Shown here: piece by piece, positions 56,562 through 64,000 of the stretch
Numbering within the stretch: the first letter of the stretch is position 1
How the letters are laid out: every line of letters begins with the position of its first letter
Assembly (NCBI RefSeq): GCF_000738915.1
Contig: NW_026515634.1
Coordinates: 847,156 to 911,155 of the forward strand
Origin: Nematocida ausubeli
Lineage: Eukaryota
Reading direction: 5' to 3'
Length of the DNA: 64,000 nt
The notes under the pieces: model-generated
What the model was told of the DNA's origin: nothing
The model's database searches: none
Seen by the model: the letters and a program-made list of their open reading frames with translations, nothing else
Translations under genes and position numbers: made by a program

Positions 56562-56834
56562 ATGGTAGATAAACCAAAGAAAGAGACGCTTTCCCAGAGA
56601 AGATACAGAATAATCATTGCTATCCTATACGGGCTAACAGTTGGTGGGATGTTTTCTATAGCGTGGTGGCTAGACAGCCTAGCAGAGCCTCTGAAGACGC
56701 AGGATGCCAAGAATAAAGACATATGTGTATATGTGGAAAAAAGCGAAAGTCCTAAAGACGATGATAAGATGGGTAAAATGGAAGGTCCAAGCACATATAC
56801 ATCAGATGTAGAGAAAACTGCATTAGGTATGTAA
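56562..56834 (+). CDS. Small single-TM protein (90 aa)
   Basis: IIIAILYGLTVGGMFSIAWW followed by a hydrophilic tail; AATAAA overlapping the stop. Confidence 0.65.
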   Translation: MVDKPKKETLSQRRYRIIIAILYGLTVGGMFSIAWWLDSLAEPLKTQDAKNKDICVYVEKSESPKDDDKMGKMEGPSTYTSDVEKTALGM

Positions 56835-57355
56835 TAAAAAAAGAATCATTGGATTTACAAAACACGCATAAATATATTTATAGAAGGCGTACATATGGCT
56901 TGAGAGCTTATTTGCCAAGATTGCATGCTGTGCATATAAATATACGGGCTGCAATTATATTGCATTTCATACTGCGCTCTATAACCCGAAGGTCTACAAA
57001 GAATTTCTTTTATAATTTTGCTTAGAAGGTAAGTGTCTAGTCCTCCTTATAAAGCTTTATTAAAAAGCATAACTTTATTCTCCAAAGAAAAAAGTACATC
57101 TTAGCACTCCGCATATATTTTGTCCTTAGGTAAGTAAAACACACTGCAAGCTGTGTGCACAAAATAACCGTGGATGGTCTTTTTGTTTATACTTTGGCTT
57201 TGAATTAAAGCATGCTAAATATACAAGCAAAATAAAATAGATGAATATTCACTTAGACCGTTTAGAAATTCACAAGATAGCCAACTCGACTTGCAATATA
57301 TTTTAAACCATCTTTTGATTGTGCGGCGTTTATATATTTCTTTCTTTGTGGTAGC

Positions 57356-57643
57356 ATGTCTAACTACCCATCGAAAGGCAAGACGCCCTGCCCAATGACA
57401 GCATTATACGTTCTGCTCTTAGCAATAGGTATTCTAATGATTTGGGCGAGTGTTCTTCTGTGCCGATTTATTCGCGCAGTCTCAGGAGGCATAGTGGACT
57501 CAATAGATGCTACACGTGAAGAAATTCAGGAGGAAATAAGTGCAATTTTATACGAAAGCATGCAAGGAAATCCTGCAACTGGCGAAGAAGCTGTAAAGCC
57601 ACACGAAGATCATTCAAGTACACAGCATAGAATACCCATGTAA
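57356..57643 (+). CDS. Small single-TM protein (95 aa)
   Basis: ALYVLLLAIGILMIWASVLLC followed by an acidic tail. Confidence 0.65.
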   Translation: MSNYPSKGKTPCPMTALYVLLLAIGILMIWASVLLCRFIRAVSGGIVDSIDATREEIQEEISAILYESMQGNPATGEEAVKPHEDHSSTQHRIPM

Positions 57644-58079
57644 GCGGCCATACTCAGCAGGCATTTAGCAGCTTATTGACAGCTGTGAGAAGCATAAAGG
57701 CTTTGTGGGTGCAATGCATACACTTTTTCTTACCCAGACAAATACAGATAGTGCAAATTGGAAGGAAGAGCACAATATTTTACAAAATGTTTCTGAGTAA
57801 TGGGTCTGCCTGCTCATGCATACACCAATATTGTGTCTTTCTGTGTTCTTTTAAAGAGCACAAATAAAGAAGCATGTTCTCTAAGGCCAACTGTTTGCCA
57901 GTATACTAAAGTGTTACTGCGCGGGAAGAAAAGACTCTGTTTTGAGGAAAGCCAGGCCATATACTACAATAAAGTATCTACGGCAATACGATGCAAAGAG
58001 AAACTGTCTTTATATACTATGATAAAAATGATTATTCAAGATATAAAATATTAACACAAAAAGAATAAAAAAAATAATA

Positions 58080-58499
58080 ATGAGCGATGCATGCACAAAC
58101 TATCTAATAATTAGTAATTCTTTAAACACACTAGGGATATATATTCTTCTTATTGCATTTATTTATATAGCAGTAGAATACCTACGGCGTACAGAAGATC
58201 CCCCACTCAGTAATACTTCTGCATCTTCGCATGAAGAAAATAGCAATGTAGAAAGCGCGCCAGATGTAGAAAAATTATCTAATAACATACTAAAGATAGA
58301 GCTGATCGATATCATGGATGGTTTGGATAAACAAGATAATGCAAAGTCGAGCAGCACAGAAGATGGAGTAAAGCAGAATGGAAAGATAAAAAGTACTCAG
58401 CTAACACTGAAGAAATCTATAGAGCCATCCTTCGAGACACTAAGCCCCTCTGCTGTGAAAAGGAGAAAAACTTTGGCTGGCATCAAACTAAACCTATAG
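58080..58499 (+). CDS. Small single-TM protein (139 aa)
   Basis: LGIYILLIAFIYIAV followed by a polar tail. Confidence 0.65.
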   Translation: MSDACTNYLIISNSLNTLGIYILLIAFIYIAVEYLRRTEDPPLSNTSASSHEENSNVESAPDVEKLSNNILKIELIDIMDGLDKQDNAKSSSTEDGVKQNGKIKSTQLTLKKSIEPSFETLSPSAVKRRKTLAGIKLNL

Positions 58500-59313
58500 T
58501 TTTGCAGGCTGCTTCTGATAAAGATGTTTCTACCCGAAAGTCAAAAAGAACAGTATTTTTAATTGCAGAGGCACTGGAGGTCTCTCAAAAAGATACTAAA
58601 CATCTAGCCAAATAATAAAAAGCTGAAGTGAATAAAAAAGAAGAGTAATTCATATGGAGTTTATCCAAAATCTATCTGTCTCAAACAGAATTTGCTTTGG
58701 CTGATGGGATTTTATTTGCCTAACACTGTGGATTCTTTGTTTTTATTGTCTATCTATAGACCACTAGTAATTAATTTATCAGTAATATGTAATTACTAAT
58801 AAACATAGCAAAGACCGCAATAGAAATATAAATTCATTAACAAACAAAATATAAACAAAGATAAGTGTATGAGCAGATAATTAATTTAATTTGGCGTACG
58901 AAAAAACAACCCTCATGGAATATTTCTAACTTAAGGAATGGCTTTGCGCTCTCAAGGAAGAAAAGCCCAACAAATTTAATAACTTTCCTTGAACAGAAAG
59001 CATTGATTGGCAGTCCTTCGTGTCTCTGCTAGAGCTTCTTTCAAAAAACATACTTTTACTAAAAAAACAATGTGCAGTGTGCTCTCTGGTGTCTGGGCAT
59101 GTATTAGCTAAGAGCGAAATTTCTGTAATTCTTTAATTTTATTTCTTTATGGCCATGCTATTGGGCTAATATTTTTATGCAGCAATAAGCATGGTAGCGC
59201 TATCAAAACAATAAAGCAATTAATTTATGTATTTGTTTGTATTAAATCACTGGATATATTAAAATAGAACTATTTAAGAAGCTTTGCCTTCATACAAATA
59301 CTAAAGTTTAGCA

Positions 59314-60594
59314 ATGGCTTATTTTAACAAGAAAAAGATAATTATATGCGTATTAGCAGTATTCATAGTATGTCTGGGCATGTATATGATGTATAGCAGA
59401 AATTTACAGAAAATAATAGCCGAAAAAACAAGCAAGGAGGAAATGGCATATATACGCGTGCAAAGTAATGTGCTGGGCGCAGATGAAAAGGCTTTCAGTG
59501 AGAAAGAGGGAAAAGATGTAGAAGAATATGTAAATTTAAACAAAACAGCAGCCTCTGCAAGAAGTATAATAGACACAGAAGATATAGATGAAAAAACAGA
59601 AAATAGCACTTTTGCACTAGAGTCAAAAGAGAAAGAAGAAAAAGACAACAAAAGTAAAAAGATACCAGATGAAATAGACGCACCGGAAAATACGGTCTCT
59701 GAAGCCAAAGATACATCTTATATAAAAGCTAAAGAAAGCCACAATAATTTAGTGTTAGAAGAGATGGTGAGAAATCTAAATAAAAAGATGGTAGATTTGG
59801 CTTTTGAAAGGAGCGCATTAGGAATGCAAAATCTAAAAAAAACAATACATAGATTAAATGCATTCGAATTTAGATATAATCAAGCTAGTGATGAAATAGT
59901 GAAAACTAGTAGCAAGTATACTGAATATGAGGCTGCATATAATTTAATCGTCAAAGAAGCAGATGTTCTAGATAAGGAAATTAAAACTTTCGAGAGTGAA
60001 TTCTGCAATATAGAAATACCAAATGCTAAATGTGTTGTGTATAATGAATGTGTAGAACAAGTTAAAAATCTCACAGTAGAGATAAATGGCTTAGATAAAT
60101 TGATTTATAACAAACTTTATTTATTCACAAAAGCTTTAGAAAAAAAGAGAAAATTAGAAATGGAATATATATTATCAAGAGAAGCCTATATGGAATATTA
60201 TTCGAATGAAATAGAAAAAGAAGAAGTGTTATTTGAACTCTTAAAAGGGCTATTAGAAAAAACTAAAAAATTAAATGCCCAAGCAAGGGCGTTGCTTTTA
60301 GTAAGGAAAAAAGAGCGCACCCATGAAAAAGATTTCGCTAAAAAGCATAAGTTATCGGGTTATATCAAAATATATAAAAAGTGGCATATGCTTATAAAGG
60401 ATAATATTCGGGTTATAACCCAAATGATTAAACTAAGCGAAAATAGTATATCCATGAAAATAAAACAGAAAGACCTGTATGAAGCGTTTATTAAAGCAGA
60501 AAATAGATATATACAGAAGAGGACAGTGGTGGAAACAAAAAATGACCTTGCAGCTATCCTGTCAAAAGAATATAAACGAATGTGCAACAAATAG
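59314..60594 (+). CDS. N-terminally anchored coiled-coil protein (426 aa), candidate host-exposed protein
   Basis: KKKIIICVLAVFIVCLGMYMMY followed by Glu/Lys-rich heptads. Confidence 0.85.
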   Translation: MAYFNKKKIIICVLAVFIVCLGMYMMYSRNLQKIIAEKTSKEEMAYIRVQSNVLGADEKAFSEKEGKDVEEYVNLNKTAASARSIIDTEDIDEKTENSTFALESKEKEEKDNKSKKIPDEIDAPENTVSEAKDTSYIKAKESHNNLVLEEMVRNLNKKMVDLAFERSALGMQNLKKTIHRLNAFEFRYNQASDEIVKTSSKYTEYEAAYNLIVKEADVLDKEIKTFESEFCNIEIPNAKCVVYNECVEQVKNLTVEINGLDKLIYNKLYLFTKALEKKRKLEMEYILSREAYMEYYSNEIEKEEVLFELLKGLLEKTKKLNAQARALLLVRKKERTHEKDFAKKHKLSGYIKIYKKWHMLIKDNIRVITQMIKLSENSISMKIKQKDLYEAFIKAENRYIQKRTVVETKNDLAAILSKEYKRMCNK

Positions 60595-62720
60595 TAAAAC
60601 ATAGATCTATGCTAAAGAACAGTATATGCAGTTTATAGCATAAGGCAGTGGGTAGAAAAGAATATGCACATTTAAAATAGCAGATAATGCAGATGCGGAG
60701 TGCATAAGTAGTGTATGCGCGCCAGGAGAGCGATGCTGTCTGGAGCGCAGCCTCCGTGCTGTATTGTGAATATGTAATAGGATAGGATGCGGTAAGGCTG
60801 CAGCTGGCCTATATGCTGGCCATGGAATAAATTCATTACAGCTTTTTATTTTTCTTCTTACACATTCACTAGACAGTGCACAGTAGCACATATTTACATG
60901 CACACAAAATTGTGCAATATTGAGGAAGACATCTAAATGATCATTAGGTGTAGCAGAAAGAATAAGAGAGAAGAGATATGCACAGGAATGGGCAGTGCGC
61001 ACGTACAGAGAAGAGGCTCACTGAAATACGCTTTGCTGAGTATGCAGGTGCTTGCATCACTTGGGGTGCATATATGTACATTATACAGGGTAGAGAGCAG
61101 AAGTGTGTACTGTAGCAACAGTGCTCCTACACAAAAAAGGGCGCGCGCAAGTCTATGGTAAAAGAAAAAAAAAGCAGTGCAGTGCTAAGATGTAGATATA
61201 TACTGCGAAAAGTATATATATCCGTGTCACCAAATACACACTATTATGATAAGTGTATACGAGTGTGTGTATAGCTGTCAATAAATGCTTATTTCGTTCT
61301 CTATTTGTCTGTAATGTGCTATTCTCTCTGTTTCTCTCTTTCTTCTCTCTTCATGTCTGAGCAATGATGGTTCTCTGGGATGTGCAAATTTTCTTCTTTT
61401 CCCTGTCTCTCATGCTTTATTTCTCTTTTTATACCTACGTAAAATAAACTAGTCCACAAAAAGAAATATACACTTTATTTCCCAATATATAGGAGAATAA
61501 AAATACAAGAAGAACACTGAAAGAGAGGAAAAGGACAAAGTAGACAGAAGCACAGAAATGAAAGAATAGACAGATAAATAGAGAGTATAGATGGAGTAGC
61601 ATTCATAAACAGGGTTAAGACCAATACAAGGCTGGTTTGACTGAATACGGCAAATGTATTCAGAATGCAAGCAGATACTAATAATTCGTAAGAAAGGTGA
61701 CTGAGCTGGCACATAGTGTAGAAAGAAGGGTAAGTTGGACTTAGCCTCTGCCACATATAGCTCGAGTAACTCAAAGAGTATGCAAACTGTGCTCAGCAGA
61801 CAACATAGTAGTGGTATTTCTAAGTAATATGCAATGGTAGTGACTTTAAATTGTGCAAAGTAATAGCTAAGCCGTCTCTGCTACTCTTACTAAATTTTAT
61901 TAGTGGAAAAGAATTCAAACTAGCCATGCTATGTTTGTAAACAGAGAGAAGAGGTGCAGCTTAAATAGGAAATGCTAGAGAAAGAACCCAGGAACACATT
62001 ATATATAACCAGAAGATGGCTTGGTGTGGGAATAGCTGAATTTATTTTTCTAAGATGCTAGAATTGGTTTTTCTATTTGGAAGCATCCTTTATTTCTCGC
62101 TGTCTATTTATAGACCATTAGCAGTTAATATATTAGTAATATGGAGTTGCTAATAAACACAATCTAACTAACATGCCCAAGAGGAGATGATGTTTCCGCG
62201 AGGAGGTTATAGTTTAGAATAAAAAGTGTAGTTGTTAAGGAAGTTTTATTCGTGTATTGTTGCAGATGTCTGGATATACTGTGGCGACAGGCTTTTGGAT
62301 AAATAGAAAGTTTACCACAATAATTTGAATAAATATTAATTCATTAACAAAAAATAGTCAAAAGGGGAAGTATTAATAATTAGTTGGTTTTAATTAATTT
62401 AATTTAGAACAAGAAAATAGTACATTCTATACCATATTGCTAACCCAAGGAAAGAGATTTGCGTCTTCGAGGTAGAGAAAAACAACAAGCCGTGCATGGA
62501 CACATAAGTACATAGCACTAGTTAAATTCGAGTTGTATTTTGTTGCATAGGGCATTCAACATAGCCTAAATTTTCTTCTGTAGAATTTACTAAAAAACTT
62601 ACTGCGAAAATAGAATGGTCTTTTAATACTTAATGTGCACATGCAATTAATCACTATTGATCAATTACCCCAATTTAAATGCTTAAATACAAGAATATTT
62701 GAAAATTTCAGTACTAAGAT

Positions 62721-64000
62721 ATGAACATGAAAATAAAAAGAAAAACACATGAACATCTATACAAGAGAAATAACAGACAGATATCTATCAAGCTACTAGC
62801 AAAAGTGCTTCTTATGGGCGCGCTTCTATTTGTGCAGAACGTCTTCGGATTATTGAGCGAGGAGGATATGAAAGCAGTGATAAAAGCAATATTAAGCAAA
62901 ACAAAAGGTGATACTATGCTGAAGCTGGATGGGCCTTTTAGCCCAATTATGCTATATCTATACGAATGGTCTAGCACTCTTCAGAATAAGCGATTTGATT
63001 CTTCATACATAAGTAACTGTTTTTTAATAATAAAGGAAGAAGATACTTCACATAAAACATACCAAACAAACCACATAGCCAGAGAAGAGGATTCAGAGGG
63101 AAAGAAGATACCAAAGAGAATTGTAGACCACTACAATGCACTAATTAATATGTTTCCTTCCCCAAAGAGAAAAATAGGCATCTATCCTAAAAAACTCCGA
63201 AAAGAGTCTTTTACTTCTTTCTTGAAGAGTGAACATGTCAAGGAATATGCCCATAGAATTCTTGCAGTACTTCTTCTGCAGGCAGAGGGGATGCCCGTGT
63301 CTCTGAGAATTGAGGATGAAGAAAGCGCATGCCCAAAACTTACATGGATGAATGAATACAAACCCAAAGACTCCTTCAGTATTCCTATATACACTACTAG
63401 TACGGAAGGACAGGAAAGTAATAGCTCTAATGAAGAAGCAAATATAAAAAAAAGTAGCATTAAAATAGTGCAGACTATTAAGTACTTCCTTAATGCAGAG
63501 TCCAGCCAGGAACTTGAAGAGAGTATAGCGCTGAAGGAATCAACTGAGAAAGAAATTTATTGGAAGAATGAGTTTACTGAGACACCAGCCTGGCTTATAC
63601 AGTCGTACATATACTACTATCTGGAGACTAAAGAGGATGCAATTAACTTTTATGACGAGATGTCTGACAAATTAAGGCTTTGCTTCACAAAGCTTAAAGA
63701 GAAAAACAATGCAGTGATTTCAACCCGGCTATTTCAAAAGTGGCTTACAAAAACATCAAATAGGTCAGTAACGTTGGAGTGGTGGGGTAACGTAAAAGAG
63801 CTTAAAGATTTGGTTGAAGCCGAGAAAGAAATTAAACCACTTCCCTTCAAAAATAATAGTCTGTACCTTCCCACAAAAAAGAATTATTGGCCTAAATATG
63901 AATATTATAAAACATGCACGTCTTCACCTAATATAGAATCTACACTATTTACTCTATTCTGCTGCTTTGTATATGACCCAGAGACAAACACATACAATGT
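62721..64000 (+). CDS. Nematocida large gene family (NemLGF1-like) secreted protein, 3' end beyond the window
   Basis: Not in the ORF track; hand-translated open frame with signal-like LLAKVLLMGALLFVQNVFG, GPFSP, NKRF, YNALINMFPS, ILAVLLLQAEG, TPAWLIQSYIY, LFCCFVYDP (family motifs recalled from memory). Confidence 0.8.
   Translation, partial: MNMKIKRKTHEHLYKRNNRQISIKLLAKVLLMGALLFVQNVFGLLSEEDMKAVIKAILSKTKGDTMLKLDGPFSPIMLYLYEWSSTLQNKRFDSSYISNCFLIIKEEDTSHKTYQTNHIAREEDSEGKKIPKRIVDHYNALINMFPSPKRKIGIYPKKLRKESFTSFLKSEHVKEYAHRILAVLLLQAEGMPVSLRIEDEESACPKLTWMNEYKPKDSFSIPIYTTSTEGQESNSSNEEANIKKSSIKIVQTIKYFLNAESSQELEESIALKESTEKEIYWKNEFTETPAWLIQSYIYYYLETKEDAINFYDEMSDKLRLCFTKLKEKNNAVISTRLFQKWLTKTSNRSVTLEWWGNVKELKDLVEAEKEIKPLPFKNNSLYLPTKKNYWPKYEYYKTCTSSPNIESTLFTLFCCFVYDPETNTYN

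Noticed and set aside
58440..58620. Possible frameshift extension of the 139-aa TM protein (overlapping frame NFGWHQTKP...HLAK*)
   Set aside because: No homologue or clear slippery site to support it; short overlapping frames arise by chance
60607..61774. Several 60-130-aa ORFs between the last two genes
   Set aside because: Low-complexity purine/pyrimidine tracts with no coding-like composition or motifs

Overview
This is compact, intron-less eukaryotic DNA from a microsporidian, very probably Nematocida, since the ORF running off the right end matches my recollection of the Nematocida large gene family (NemLGF1-type). 1-32 kb holds tightly packed housekeeping genes: NIF3, RPL11, AsnRS, NEDD8, MED31, SPB1, TAN1, a RhoGAP, SEC27, CAC2, a DED1-like helicase, SAM synthetase, MAK21, PMT, a forkhead factor and H2A. 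It also has a solo Gag-like CCHC ORF and a ~430-bp imperfect fold-back element. 34-44 kb is a very AT-rich, satellite-dense island with orientation-switching repeats. It still carries RPN9, RPL7a, tRNA-Lys(UUU), a Rad21/Rec8 kleisin and a 225-aa protein that looks like the membrane scaffold of a Cu-type P1B-ATPase with all cytoplasmic catalytic domains deleted. 44-47 kb holds ubiquitin, TRM6, RPL7 and MND1. 50-64 kb is a co-oriented cluster of lineage-specific secreted or membrane-anchored genes plus an amino-acid transporter, and two unrelated genes there share a duplicated upstream module. A motif TATAACCCGA is strongly over-represented across intergenic DNA. All family calls come from motif recognition by eye; no searches were run.
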